Assembly: GCA_030390025.1 (NCBI GenBank)
Contig: CM059432.1
Location: 73,844,001 to 73,908,000, forward strand
Length of the DNA stretch: 64,000 nt
Origin: Squalus acanthias
Lineage: Eukaryota
Reading direction: 5' to 3'
Shown: positions 12,201 through 27,200 of the stretch, one piece after another
How positions within the stretch are numbered: the first letter of the stretch is position 1
Layout of the letters: every line of letters starts with the position of its first letter
Made by a program: the position numbers and the translations under genes
Notes under the pieces: model-generated
Told to the model about the DNA's origin: nothing
The model's input: only the letters and a program-made list of their open reading frames with translations
The model's database searches: none

Positions 12201-15200
12201 AGGTAAACACCTCAATCATTTTCACCCTGGAAAGCAACAGTGGAATGAAATGTATTGTAATTCTTCTCGTTTGCAGGATTCCCTGCTATCCAGTAACTCA
12301 TGCTATTTATTGCATTCATGTTGCTATCCAGGCCCCTATACACAATGTCACAGCAGTCCTGACCTAAAAGAGTTTCCACATCTTTGTCCAGGTAATCATA
12401 ATCCGCAGCACAATCAGCAGGTTAATGCCCACTTCCCATGCAACAACCACAATACAGTACTTTTATTTTACAGCAACTTTCTGTAACCAGTTTATTTAAA
12501 GGAGAAGACAAATTTAAAGGATGTCTTCTAGGAGGCCACTGCTACCTTCTACAGCTCCAGTTAATAACACTCTTGCAAAACCCATGGTTAGAAAGTGAAT
12601 GCAGATACAGCAAAGCCCATACATCTACCAGGGAAATTACTGAAATAAACTATGTGCGTCTTGAAGCAGCACTTCAAATGCCTAGGTACATCAGGGGGGT
12701 GTCTTGCAGTACAGCCTGCCAGAGTTTTCAAGGTCATCATTATCTATTGTATGCTGCACAATTCTGCCATCTAAAGAGGACTATCCATAGCCAAGACAAC
12801 AGGAGGCATTCACAACAACTTAGTGGATGTCACTGCAACCAGGAACAGCTGTATGCCAGACTCTCATTAACGAGATGTTCACCTATGTGCCAGAGATGCT
12901 ATTTTACTAACACTCCTGACTGCAAGTGCACTATGCCCAGTACAGCAACCCCACTGTCCTCTGCGCAACCTCAACAACCATAGAAACCCATCCTTGGAGT
13001 TGCTGCTACCTTATTCTACACTAAAAGAAAGAAACTAAACAAAGCTGAAATAAAATACTAACAATTTATTTGCCTGGAAGTGATCGGTGGATAGGTATTA
13101 ATGTTTTTGACTCCAGTGCTTCCTCTTGGTAACAGAGTATAGCATGTGTCTTCCAGAACCTATTGCAAGTGCATCTCATAGGCACTTCCCCAATTGAAGG
13201 AGTGAGAGAGATGGCTGGCTGCTGGGTGTACATGATGCTTCTTGGGGTTGAGGTGGCCCTGAACCATCTTGTGCTAGATCAGTGCCAGCTGTGGCTCAGT
13301 CGGTGGTAGCACTCACCTCTGAGTCAAGGTTGTGGGTTAAGTCCCACTCCAGGGGCTTGAGCACAAAATCTAGGCTGACACTTCAGTGCAATGCTGAGGG
13401 AGTGCTACACTGTCGGAGGTGCTGTCTTTTGGATGAGACATTAAAACAAGGCTCCATCTGCCATTTCAGGTGGATGCAAAAGATCCCATGGCACTCTTTT
13501 GAAGAAGAGCATGGGAATTATCTGGTCATTATCACATTGCTGTTTGCGGGACTTTGCTGTGCACAAATTGGCTGCTGCTTTTCCTACATTAAAACAGTAA
13601 CTACACTTCAAAAGTACTTCATTGACTGAAAAGTGCTTTGGGACACCTTGAGGTCATGAAAGGCATTATATAAATGGAAGAAATTATGAAATGGGCTTGC
13701 AACAGATTCTGCCACATCAGATGCTGCTGAGGTCTTTCCGGCACATCTTCTGTCATTTGAGTAGTGGAGGCTAGATGGCCCAAATGTAGTGTTGCCTGAG
13801 AAACAGCAACCTTATCTGTTCCTACTCTGGCCATGCCCCTGCTGCTGGCAATCCCTCATCGTGGCTACTGATCTGTGTGGGGACAGACCACTGAACAAGA
13901 GAGCTTGCTATTATGTACATTAGCAACCAAGACCTTCACTTAAGCAGTGTCAACAATTATGAGATGCTCCCTCTCTGTCACTGGGGGCTGTGCTACACAA
14001 GCGAGTGGTAAGCTTTGTAACGTAAATCATGTGAGCTTAACTTACTCGAAGCTTTAGTGTGTCAATCTCTTTTGTATTATTTTTATACCACCAAGTGCTG
14101 CTTTCCTCTTCCCTATCTCTGAATACAAACATATGTAAAGCCAGTTGGCTGCGTTAACTTCCTTTATCTTATTTACATTATAAGGATGTTGAGTCACCAT
14201 AAGGGAGGCAGGTATTGTTTGTTCTACAGGGAAAATGATTTATAGCTTACCTTGTACTGAATTTCCTGAAGGATTTCAGTAACGGCCTTTAGACCCACGT
14301 GCTCCTTTCCTATCTGTGACAAACAAAAATAGGCATTTATTTACCTTTACCATTTTGTCATCCAGTATGTGAAAATAAGAGGTATTAAAAACTTAATCAC
14401 TCACCCAGCAACAAATGGGTAGCCCTATACTTAAATATTGCTTTGGTTAATAATACTTGAACATGTTACACAAAATGACCTTGAATCTTGTCTGGAACTT
14501 GTGCTATCTACAGTAAGTCATCATATATCAGAGCTGCAGAACAGTAGGTCACTGAACAAAACTGAAATACATTTTTTGAAATGACGAGAGAAAACGCTGG
14601 AAAAACTCAGCAGGCCAGGCAGCATCCGTGGAGAGAGAAACAGAGTTAACATTTCAGGTCGAAGACCTTTCGTCAGAACTGGAAAAAAGCAGGAAATGAA
14701 ATAGATTTAAAGCAAGTATAATGCTGGGAAAAGGGGGAGGGGATGAAAGAACAAAAGGGAAGGTCAGTGGTAGGATAGAAAGCAGGAGAGATCAAGAGAC
14801 ATTGAGAGACATTATGAGATATTCAAGGCAAGAGGAGGTGGTAATGTGACAGGTTGGGGAACAACGGATGGCTCTAGATGAAGTGTGAAATGCGCTGGCA
14901 GAATGAAGGACAACTGCCAGCTTCTGGGAGGGAAGAAAAAAAAGGGCCAAACAAAAGGGTGGATAAAATATATGTATATGTGATGGGGGCCGGGGTTACG
15001 ATCTGAAATTGTTGAACTCTATGTTGAGTCCAGAGGGCTGTAGAGTGCATAAACGAAAGATGAGGTGCTGTTCCTCGAGCTTATGCTGAGCTTCCGTGGA
15101 ACAATGCAAGAGGCCGAGGACAGTGAGGTCAGAGTGGGAGTGGAGCGGAGAATTAAAGTGACAGGCCACCGGGAGCTCGGGGTCCCCCTTATGGACTGAA

Positions 15201-18200
15201 CGGAGGTGTTCCACAAAGTGGTCACCAATCTGCGTTTGGTCTCCCCAATGTAGAGAAGACCACATCATGAGCAGCGAATACAGTATACTAAATTGCAGGA
15301 ATTACAAGTAAATCGCTGTTTCACCTGGAAGGGGTGTTTGGGGCCCTGGACAGTGGGAAGGGGAGGGGTATAAGGGCGTGTTGCATCTCCTGCGCTTGCA
15401 CGAGAAGGTGCCGGGGGTGGTAGAGGAGTGGACCAGGGTGTCGCGGAGGGAGCAGTCCCTGCGGAATGCTGAAAGGGGAGGCGAGGGGAAGATGCGTTTG
15501 GTGGTGGGATCACGCTGGAGGTGGCGGAAATGGTGGAGGATGATCCGTTGAATGTGGAGGCTGGTGGGGTGAAAGGTGAGGACAAGGGGAACTCTATCGT
15601 GGTTCCGGGAGGGAGGGGCAGGGGTGAGGGCAGAAGTGCGAGAGATAGAACGGACACGGTCGAGGGCCGTATCAACCACAGTAGAGGGGAATCCTCGGTT
15701 GAGGAAAAAGGAAGACATGTCGGAAGCACTGGTATGGAAGGTGGCATCGTCAGAGCAGATGCGGCGGAGACGGAGAAAGGAATAGAGTCCTTACAGGAGG
15801 CGGGGTGGGAGGAAGTGTAGTCCAGGTAGCTGTGGGAGTCAGTGGGCTTGTAGTGAATGTTTGTCAATAACCTATCCCCAGAGATGGAGACGGAGAAGTT
15901 GAGGAAGGGAAGGGAAGAGTCGGAGATGGACCATGTGAAGGTGAGGGAAGGGTGGAAATTGGAAGCATAGTGAATGAAATTTTCTAGTTCAGGGCGAGAG
16001 CAGGAGATGGCACCGATACAGTCATCAATGTACCGGAAAAAGAGGTGAGGGAGGGGACCCGAGTCGGACTGGAACAAAGAGTGTTCCACATATCCCACGA
16101 AAAGACAGGCATAGCTAGGACCCATGCAGGTACCCATAGCAACATCTTTGATTTGGAGGAAATGAGTGGAGTCAAAGGAGAAGTTGTTCAATGTGAGAAC
16201 AAGTTCAGCCAGGCGGAGGAGGGTGGTGGTGGATGGGGACTGGTTGGGCCTCTGTTCAAGGAAGAAGCGGAGCGCCCTCAGGCCATCCTGGTGGGGGATG
16301 GAGCTGTAGAGGGACTGTATGTCCAGTGAAAAGGAGGCGGTTGGGGCCGGGAACTGGAAACTGGAAACTGTTAAAGTGGCGGAGGGCGTCGGAAGAGTCA
16401 CGGATGTAGGTGGGAAGAGACTGGACAAGGGGAGAAAAAATAGAGTCGAGATAGGAAGAGATAAGTTCCATGGGGCAAGAACAGGCTGAAACGATGGGTC
16501 TACCAGGGCAGTCCTGTTTGTGGATCTTGGGAAGGAGGTAGAAGCGGGCTGTGTGGGGTTGGGGAACTATGAGGTTGGCGGCCATGGGGGGGAAGATCTC
16601 CAGAGGAGATGAGGTCAGTGACAGTCTTGGAAACGGTGGCTTGATATTCGGTAGTGGGGTCATGGTCCAGGTGGAGGTAGGAGGAGGTGTCGGAGAGTTG
16701 GCGTTCAGCTTCCGCTAGGTAGAGGTCAGTACGCCAAACAACAGCACCACCCTTGTCAACAGATTTAATGACAATGTCGGGGTTGGATCTGAGAGAATAG
16801 AGTGCTGCAAGTTCAGAGGGAGGTAGGTTGGAGTGAGTGAGGGGAGCAGAGAAATGGGGACGGCCTATGTCACGGCGGCAGTTTGCAATGAAAAGATCTA
16901 GAGAGGGTAAAAGGCCAGAGGGAGGGGTCCAGGTAGAACGGGAATTCTGAAAGCGGGAGAAAGGGTCAGCCGTGCGGTGGGGAAGGCTCTTGGCCAAAGA
17001 AGTGGGCACGGAGGCGAAGGCGGCGGAAACAGAGCTCAGCATCGTGCCGAGCTCGAAATTCATTGAGGTGGGGGCGTAAGGGGATGAAGCTCAGGCCTTT
17101 GCTGAGGGCTGATCGTTCGGGGTCAGAGAGGGGAAGGTCAGAAGGGATAGTGAAAACGCGGCAGGGGGTGAGATTGGGAGAAGGGGGATCAGAGGAAAGT
17201 GAAGGGGAAGGTGGTTCCGGAGGGGCGTTGGTGTTCAAGAGTTGATAAAGCTTGCGATCCTTGACATCAGAAAGGAAGAAAAAAAGTTTTTTGTTGAAGC
17301 GTCGGATGAGTCGAAGGATGAAATGGAACTGTGGACCCGGACAGCTTTGAGATAGAGTGCGCCGGTGCTGCTGAAGTTGCCACACAGATCCTTTTGTAAA
17401 ATTTAAAACATTTGTATTGTATTTAGGAATGATTCAAAAAAATTTAAATGGGGATCAGATTCATTAGAATAGGAATATGAATCATACATCGGTGTTCAAC
17501 CTCTTTTATATTGAAGATAGATTTTTTAGAGTTGCCACTGCAGGTAGGAGAGAAAACACCCCTGCCTCTCTTGACCATTCCCATATCATTTACACTGGTG
17601 ACTACATTGGGAACAGATGAAGGGCTATGTAAACTCCTGCAACTTCAGTTTACTCCAGGTAATGGCGGGTTTGGGGGAGGAGAATATATAATTGCTGTGC
17701 AGAAGTGTCCCGACCATGGGAGGACGAGTGAGATTGTGGGAAGCTGCAACTACTTTTTTTAGGCATGGCAGATTTGATGGTGGAGCAGGCATGGCTATTT
17801 TACTAGGATTGAGTAGGATTCTGACCAACATCTGAAGTGGCTCTGGAGTAACTGGCAGTCATCATGGAGTTCAGAACATTTCGTGTTCCATCCAGCTACA
17901 CGATTCAGGAGAATAAGCACACACTTTTAGTTTAGTGAACAGGTATGGCAAGAGGTGGCACAACATGTGAATGCGAGCAGCATTTTCTCCAGGACCTGGC
18001 TGAAGAACAGAAGGAAATGTAAAAATCTCACCAGGGGTGCCAAGGTAAGACTCCCCTTTACATCTCTCATCCTTTATGCACAGCCCTGCAAGACTCAATA
18101 CTTCCCTTCCCTACTTCCCATGGTTGGTCACAAGTCAGCAGAGAAAACTTCACTACCTCCTTTCTGCTTACACTCACACCCTCAAAAGCTGCTACTACCC

Positions 18201-21200
18201 TCACAACTATTTCTCCCTTTGGCCACACTTGCTGCTTCTTCCTGTCATCATATACACTATGGTAACCAGGCTCACACATGGTGAGGGTTGAAACCCCTTA
18301 TCAAGAGCACATATTAACCCACCTCCTAACCCTAGTCCCACTGTCCTTTTTTCAGGTCAATCAGAAAACTCAGACACTAGTGCTAGACAGACTGATGACA
18401 AAAATCTCAACAATGCACCTTTACTTATTCTTACCCTGCCTAGCACCATGACCACATGCTCCATGGTTGACTGCAAAGTGTCAATGCCATGCATGAGTGC
18501 CCCATGTGAGTGGTGAACTTCAACATACTGTCCAACATGTTTTGGAACCTTCCTTCATTAATTAGTATTGCACAGAAGTCACTTTAAAAAAAAATGCTGA
18601 AGATTGTGGGGGAACAATTGGGTTGCACAGCCTATGGGGCGCTAACTTCGCCAGGGCGCTACTTTTAGCGCCCCGAAAAAGTTCGCACCCTCACACCCAA
18701 AACTGAATGGTAGCGCCCCAAGCAGGAGGCAGGGCGCTACTGGAAGCGCTCCCCTCCCTCTTGGGGCACTCCCATTGAATATCGCGACTCTACGTGCAGC
18801 AGCGCCAGGCGCGTCGGCACGTCGTACCGCGGTACGGCAGGCCTCCCTCCCGATTGAAGGGGAGGGGCCTAGCACAGCGCACAACAGGGCCCTGCTGGGC
18901 CACCGGGGAGCGTGGTACCGGCAAAAGAGCCCAGCACTCAAGAGGAGTGCCAGGCTGACCAATCGCGGCCGGCATCCTGCAGGGGGAGGCGAGAGCGGGC
19001 AGGTGCTGGCAGGCGCCCAAAAAAAGGCGCCCGGCATCTGCCCTTTAATTTGCGCCGCCCCGGCTGCAAAGACACCACCCTGACCCTGTCGGACATAGCG
19101 AGCCAAGTTTGCGGCCAGGGCGTTGCGCACGGTGATGATGTCATCGCCAGAGGCGCAGCACCACGGGGCGCTAGCAGCTACCACCGCCACTAACCTCCCG
19201 CTGAATTTCACGGGAGGCGTTAGCGGCACTGCGCCCGGGCGCTAGGTGCTTTGCACCCTGTTAGCGCCCCCCCTTGGGGCGCTAACGGGAGGCGCAAAGC
19301 AACCACATTTTTTCCCCTGTATCTCTGGACTGTTCAGCACTAGGACGAGAGGTGACCACAGAAATTGGCATCCAAGTGACTTGAGGGGACTGAACTGAAG
19401 GACTCATCAAGCATAGGTGAGCAGGAGCAGCTAGCAAGGAAGGCTAAAGGGAGAGTTAACTGGAGGGCCAGCTCTCATCTTGCAGTTCGGGCAAAGGAGT
19501 TTATTAATGAAATAAGTGCAATAGCATCACTAATGACAGGAGAGTATAATTCATGTGATAGGTTTATTTAGACAGCTCCATTAAAAATGTAAGCACAGGA
19601 TTTTGCAATGGAAAAAGTTGACAAAGTGAGACAAAATGTGACAGTAATAAAGGTTTTGTATGCAGCAATTGTGTGCAGATGCAAAACCTTTAACCTATTA
19701 CATAGATAGATATGTTCTACACACTTTAAGGGAGCGAGTAACATTTCTGTGTTCATCTAACTTGAGGATGTCTGTGCTACTGAATAGAACATTCTCCACA
19801 TCTTACACCCACTGTCAGCATGGAACACAGTACACAGAGTCCCCTTCATTGTGTCCGAGTTATGAAACTTCTCAACTTCATACTGCACATTTCCACTTCC
19901 CTCACTATCCCTTTAAGAATGCTAACTCCATGACAAATATCAAGAACGGTGACTATTTCACTTAAGAGCTCTGTAGTCAGTAAAGAGGAAACTTTAATTC
20001 CATCAGCCTGGGCTGGGCACACATTTTTTTTTAAAGATATATAGTCATCAATTATTTATATCTCCTTCCTTATTCTCTTAAGATTTTCTGTCCCACACTT
20101 TGCTACTTTGCCTATGCCATTCTTGCTCTGGTCACTAGAAGCTGAAAGTGACCCGAGGATCCTTCACCCTTTTTTGGTCCATTCCTGAGCCAACGTTATT
20201 TGACATCCCAATGATTTAGTTCAAGTCCACTCAGTTATAATCTCAATTGTTCATTTTTTTTATAGTATAAAAAAAATGGTGTGTCTGTTATTTCCATGTA
20301 GGGCTGGAACTGCCCAATTTCTTCATTCATATATCCAGTAAAACCAAGCCCACATACCTGGGACTTAAAGTTTTTCAATCTAAACTAATTGACCTTTATA
20401 TTGAACCAGGAACTATATGCCAATTGCAACAACAAAAGGGTACTTTCCAATTGTAATTACTTGAAGTGGAAAACAAGCTTCTGCTACTCATTATCAACTC
20501 CCCTGTGTAAATCCTTAAAGATAAAGATCCTGAAATGTCCAATAAGGCCTCTGTCTTTCGTCTACTAATCGAGGACAAGCTGTTTCAGGAGGAAACGGCA
20601 TTAATCCTGGTGATGCATCTTCTTCCTTTTCGAAATAATCAGGCTATTATTGTTAGTTAAGTTACATGGCTTGCTCCTTTGTAAAATGCAAATAAGACAG
20701 TTCAGTTATTTTCTATTTTGTTCCTTTTATTCTCCAGGATCTCCCTGTGCCACATACCAGGCCTTGAATAAGAGGTTGAGCAGGCATTCTGCAGGCAGAC
20801 ATCTAGCAATGGAAGTTTGATTCAGTCACTAGCTGGTGAATGAGAGTGGACATAGTGCTTTTCATAGAATCATAGAATGGTTACAGCACAGAAGGAGGCC
20901 ATTCGGCCCGTCGAACCCGTGCCAGCTCTCTGCAAGAGCACTTCAGCTAGTCCCACTCCCCTGCCCTTTTCCTTCAGGTACTTATCCAATTCCCTTTTGA
21001 AAGCCAGGATTGAATCTGCCTCCACCACCCTCTCAGGCAGTGTATTCCAGATCCTAACCACTCGCTGCGTAAAAAAGTTTTTCCTCATGTCACCTTTGGT
21101 TCTTCTGCCAATCACCTTAAATTTGTATCCTCTGGTTCTCGACCCTTCCGCCAATGGGAACAGTTTCTCTTTATCTACACCCCTCATGATTTTGACCAAC

Positions 21201-24200
21201 TTCATCAAATCTTCTCTCAACCTTTCCTAGTGACTTTTCCTTTCCTGCAAATTCCCTCAGCTCTACTGGTTCAGGTCCAAGGCAGTGGGCCTGTTAAAGG
21301 AGCATCTAGTGGTTTTTTTTTAAAGCTTTTATTAGTAGAGTTAATATTTAAATGTGCTTGAAATAAAATATCCCATTACTAATTCTAAAAAATTTATTTT
21401 GGCATAACTCCTATGGTATAGAATTATAGAATGATACAGCACAGGAGGGCATTCGGCCCATCATGCCTATGCCAGCACTTTGGTGGAGCTATCAAATTAG
21501 TCCCTGCTTGTCCCCCATAGCCCTTTAAATATTTCCCCTTATAATATTTATCCAATTTCCTTGTGAAAATTATTACTGAATCTGCTTCCACCACCCTTTC
21601 AGGCAGTGCATTCCAGATCACAACAACTCGCTGCGTAAAAATGTTTTACCTCATGTCGCCTCTGGTTCTTTTGCCACTCACCTTAAATCTGTGCCCTCTG
21701 GTTACCGACCCATCTGCCACTGGTAACAGTTTCTCCTCATTTACTCGATCAAAACCCTTCATGATTTTGAACACCTTTAACAAATCTCCCCTTAACCTTC
21801 TCTGCTCTAAGGAGAACAGCCCCAGCTTTTCCAGTCTCTACATAACTGAAGTCCCTCATCCCTAGTATACTTCTAGTAAATCTCTTCTGCACACTCAATG
21901 GCCTTGACATCCTTCCTAAAGTATGGTGTCCAGAGTTGAATGCAATACTCTAGCTGAGGCCTAACCAGTGTTTTATAAAGGTTTAGCATAACTTCCTTGC
22001 TTTTGTACTCTATGGGCTGGATTTTGTCTTGGGGTCGGGTTGGGGTCGTGTAATCCGCATTTTGTGTTTCCCCCCCGACTCCAGATTAATGTGGATGCCT
22101 GATGCAATTTTCACTTAATTGGGCAATTGAGTTGGAGCATGTGGGAACCCATGAACTAATTAGTGTTTTCAGTCTGAAAGTCGCCTCTGATGATGTCATC
22201 ATTGCTGACTGCCTAGTCTCAGAGACTGTCTGGATGTTGGTGAGAGAGGACCTGCCTGGCTTTTGATGTGAGTGGACCTGGATGCAAAAATGGGAGGGAG
22301 GGAGAGAGCGAGAGCGAATTTTTTGCCAAGCAAGTCCTCCCAGGCAGTCTCTGAAGACATTCAATGCAGCAGCATCAGAGGCGACGTTCAGACCTAATAC
22401 TACTACTACCTTCATCACATCTCCGTTGTAATAGTGGACCTGCTGCCGATAGTCAGCTATCCACTTGTGCTCCCGCCAGGTTTCACTGGAGTGTTTCACA
22501 CCAGGCGTGCTTCACGTCAGAAAAGGGTTAAACTAGCTACAGCGTTTCAAAATGGCATTACAGAGCCAATTTAGAGCTTTAAGGGCTTTAATGGCCTCTC
22601 CCGCCTCTTGAAGGCGGGACGGAGTCGGGAACCCCGCGACTGATTATGTCAAAATTGCGTGGAGGCGGGATGTAGTCGGGATGGGGTCGGAAACCCCGAC
22701 CCCGCAAATTTAACCCCCCACACGCCTCCAAACCCGACTCCATGGGTCATTCAAAATCCAGCCCTATATCTCTATTTATAAAGCCATGGATCCCATTGCT
22801 TTTTAACTGACTTCTCAACTTGTCCTGCCACCTTCAAAGATTTGTGCACATACACCCCTGTTTTTGCACCCCCTTTAAAATTGTACCATTTAGTTCACAT
22901 TGCCTCTCCTCATTCTTCCTACCAAAACGTAGCACTTCACACTTCTCTGCGTTAAATTTCATCTGCCATGTGCCTGCCCATTTCACTAGTCTGTCTATGT
23001 TCTCCTGAAGTCTGTTACAATCCTCCTCATTGTTTACTACATTTGAGTTTTGTGTCATCTGCAAACTTTGAAATTATGCCCTGTATACCCAAGCCCAGAC
23101 CATTAATATATATCGAAAAGAGTATAGGACAGTTTTATTTATATTTCTACATTAGTTAATCTTCTGTGGTGTTGCGCTTGGGTGATGAAGACCAAGTGCT
23201 GTATTTGGGTCAAGCATGGCTAGAGGGCAGGGGATAATTGAAATAGGAAAGGATGAGGTGGAGGGGGAAAGGGAAAGGAGGAAGGCGGATGAGGAGGGTG
23301 GCTCCAATCAGCTATGTGATACGCAGGGTAGAAGTGGAAAGATGCTCAGATGAGAAGGCTATGTTCAGTCACCAAAACAATGCTCAGTAAGTGGGGTGTT
23401 GTCCGGCTGAGGACAGTGGGCTCCAATCACCTAAGTGATGATCGGTGGAAAGATGTGCTTAAGTGAGGTTTTTGGGAGCCAATCACCAAAATAATGGTCA
23501 GTTTGAGAGGGGGAGTTACTTGACTTAGAGGGTGGGTGCCAAATCATGTAAATAGTGATAGGAGTGCTCTCTATATTACTGCTCAGTTTAGGGAGCTGCC
23601 AAATTTGGATTGGAGGGTTCCTTCCACATATCTGTATCCAATGGCAGAGGGAGTATGGGGGTGGGGGGTAAGCACACTCCCTCTGCTCAGTGGGGTGGGG
23701 AAATCCTAAAGAAAAGTTTGGATCTGACCCCAAAATTTATGCTCAGTGCATGGGACCGTTGAGCACAGATTTATGGCCTGATCCATGAATTGCTGCTCAG
23801 TGTGGGTGGGGTAGTTGAATGTGGGTTTGTTGTTTGATCTCTGGTGTTGTTGCGTGGCAATTTATAGTTTGTGGAAGGGGCTCAAGTCCTGATTTCAGTG
23901 TGGGATGGGGTGGGGTGGGGGGGGGTGCAAGGAATGGGTGTGACTGCAATTTGTGCTGAGTTTGGTGTATGAGAAACACAATTTCTGCTTGTTACGTTGT
24001 ACCGTACCAGCTTCAATTATATTTTGTTTCGCTAAAAGTTCATCTCTTGCTCAATCATAGAAGTTGCTTGGGAGCTAATTCCGATTACGCACATACATTC
24101 TTCCACTATTTTCAAAGGGCCATCTGTTTATCCACTGTGTACCACAAAGTTGCATTCTTGTCCCACTGTGCACACCCTGACAGATGTGTATTTGTTTATA

Positions 24201-27200
24201 CTATTAGCTCACGGTATTTTATTGTAAAACTCTTAACTACTCCCTTTTTTGGGCCATTGGTGATCATTCCTGAAACTCCTGCTATTTCACTACTTTAACT
24301 CTCTAAGCATTTGTACTTTTGTTTCTCTGGCGGCAGGCTCCAATCCCCACTGCTCCAGGTCCTACTACCTGACTACAGACCCTGTTCTGTATAAATCACA
24401 TACACCTCTGAAATGCAGCATGGCTTACAAGAAATTGGTACAAAGAACCAACACCAGGTATACCTTCAGAATGTCTAAACACAAATTTTCACAGCTCTGT
24501 GCAGCACAGAAATTTGCCTTTAAACCTGTTGTATTTTTGTAAGGAATCCAAATCTTGTATGGCATTAGTCATGTTAATTCTCTACAGCAAATTTGATGCA
24601 ATTGTGGTGCCTTCTTGGGTGCAACAAGAAAAAAGTGCTCTACAGAATGGGCAAATGTTACCAGTCCATTGTAGTGAAACTACCTGGCAGAATTGAATTT
24701 AGTACAGAAATAGCCGGTGCAAAAGTGCCAGACTTCAATAATGTCACTTTGTAAGTGACCATAAGAAGATAAACAAGAGTAGCCAAGCAACCCCTTCTAT
24801 AATACAGCTTCCCCCCACCACCACCACCGCGCGCGCCCGCCCCCCCCACCCTCCCGTCCCAGGCGAGGGTGAATAATATACTTGTCTATAATTGAATAAT
24901 TACCTGGACAAACAAAGCAATGATAGCTATCCCATTTTTCTTCCCCAAAGCTTCATCAATGTTGTTGAACAAGGTAGAGTTCCAATGGATAAGATGGAGC
25001 TGAAAATATAAATATTGCAAATATTAGAAAAAACAATTTCATAAAAACAGAGACCACTTAATAATCATGGTTTGCTCTTTGAACCTGGAATGCCCAATAA
25101 CTTACTAAAAATAAAGCCTTTTCAAAAGTATTGTCTACTGATACTTATGAAAAATCAGATCCTTTAATCTTGCATTTGAATTTTAAAAAATCAAAGCAGA
25201 ACAAAACACCACAATAGCCTAGATTTTCCTCTGTGTCACAATTGCTGCTAGAATGCAGCAGGGTCGGACTTCGGCCTCCCAATCACAATGGTGCTGACCC
25301 CATTGAAATTAGTGGCAGAAAGTGACCTGCTGCAGCAGCTCAAAAGGTCAGGCATCAGCAAATAATTTAGTCAAAAGTAGTAGTTAGATTCTTTGGGGCA
25401 AGATAGAGGTATGCTGCAGGGCATACAGTCCCCACATTTTCAGAGGCAGCAGTGGAAATTATGCAGGCCCAAGTAAGGCAGAGTAAGCAGGCCCTGTTTG
25501 AGACCAAGCGACGAAGGCCATCAAAAAGTCCACTGGAAGGATATGGCTAGGGCAACCAGTGCCAACCCCATGTACGGCAATTTACTGCCAAATGAAGTTT
25601 AATTACTCTACCATGTCAGGAAATACAAGGAAAGTCAGCCACAACTTCCAAGAATGCACTACACTAAACATGTCAACTACTTCCCACTCGCTGTGTTCAA
25701 GTGTTTAAGAGCTTAGCATTAATATCTATGAGGAGGCAGTCTTCACATGCAAGTGTTTCTTCACACTCAGCCTTGTATTTATGCAGACCCCTGAAAGCCA
25801 TGGTTCATGCACCTGTCATCAACCCCATCGTGATCTAACTACTAACATGTGGATTTGACTGCATCTCATGGTAATCAGAGGGCAGTCTCACATTTTGAAT
25901 TCTTCTTAAAAGAAGACTGCCCATTACTGGTGTCTCGCCTATATGTGACTCCAGTCCCACACCAACGTGGTTGACTCTTAACTGCACTCTGCAATCGTTT
26001 GGGATTATTGTGGTATAGCCACAAGAGGTCTTATGTTCCTACCACAAACATGGAACTTGAGATACACATCATGGGGCTTATCATAGTCTACTTTTGACTC
26101 CCACTTTATCAAAGAAGTTGAAGAGTTTGTTCAGGATCTTCCCCTTCTGAATCCATGTTAACTAGGTTATTGTACAGATAATTCTCAAGTTTACTCCATA
26201 TAAATTAATTCCATTACTTTACATGAAATAGAAGTAAGACTAATGGGGTTGTCATTGCCCGTGTCTATTTTATCACCCTTTTAGATATAGGCATCACATT
26301 CGCCCGTTTCCTATCTACTGGTACGTCACAGCATCCAATGACTCCCTCATAATGGTTGTCAGTGCCTCACGGTCCTCCTTCCTAGTCCCTCAGCACGCTG
26401 GGATAAATACTATCTATCCTTGGGGATTTATTTGTTTTGAGACTATGTACTGACTAAAAAAATTCTGCTGAATGCATTTTAAGAATTCTGCTCCCTCTAT
26501 ACCGTTCACACTAATTTTATCCGAGTGAGTGAGTGAGGGAGGAAGGGAGGAAGGAAGACTTGCATTTCTATAGCGCCTTTCGCAACCACCGGACGTCTCA
26601 AAGCGCTTTACAACCAATGAAGTACTTTTGAAGTGTAGTCACTGTTGTAATGTAGGAAATGCGGCAGCCAATTTGCGCACAGCAAACTCCCACAAACAGC
26701 AATGTGATGATGACCAGATAATCTGTTCTTTGTTATGTTGATTGAGGGATAAATATTGGCTGGGACACCGGGGATAACGCCCCTGCTCTTCTTCGAAATA
26801 GTGCCATGGGATCCTCTATATCCACCTGAGAGAGCAGACTGGGCCTCGGTTTAACGTCTCATCTGAAAGACGGCACCTCCGACAGTGCAGCACTCCCAGT
26901 TGAAATCCCCTACTATTACTGCCCTATTTTTGCACGTCCCAGAAATTTGCCTACATGTTTGCTCTTCTATCTCCCTCTGACTGTTTAGCGGTCTATAGTA
27001 CACTCCCAGCAGTGTGATTGCCCCTTTTTTACTTTTCAGTTCAACCCATATGTCCTCATTGGATGATCCTTCTAGGATATCCTCTCTCCTCAGAGCTGTA
27101 ATTGTTTCTTTAACCAATATTGCAACCTCCCCTCCTTTTTTATCCCCCTTTCTATCTCGTCTGAAAACCGTGTAACCAGGAATATTGAGCTGCCATTCCT

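Noticed and set aside
18642..19229. Long GC-rich ORFs here and at 53075-53542
   Set aside because: Open in several frames because of GC-rich MITE sequence; no recognisable domain.
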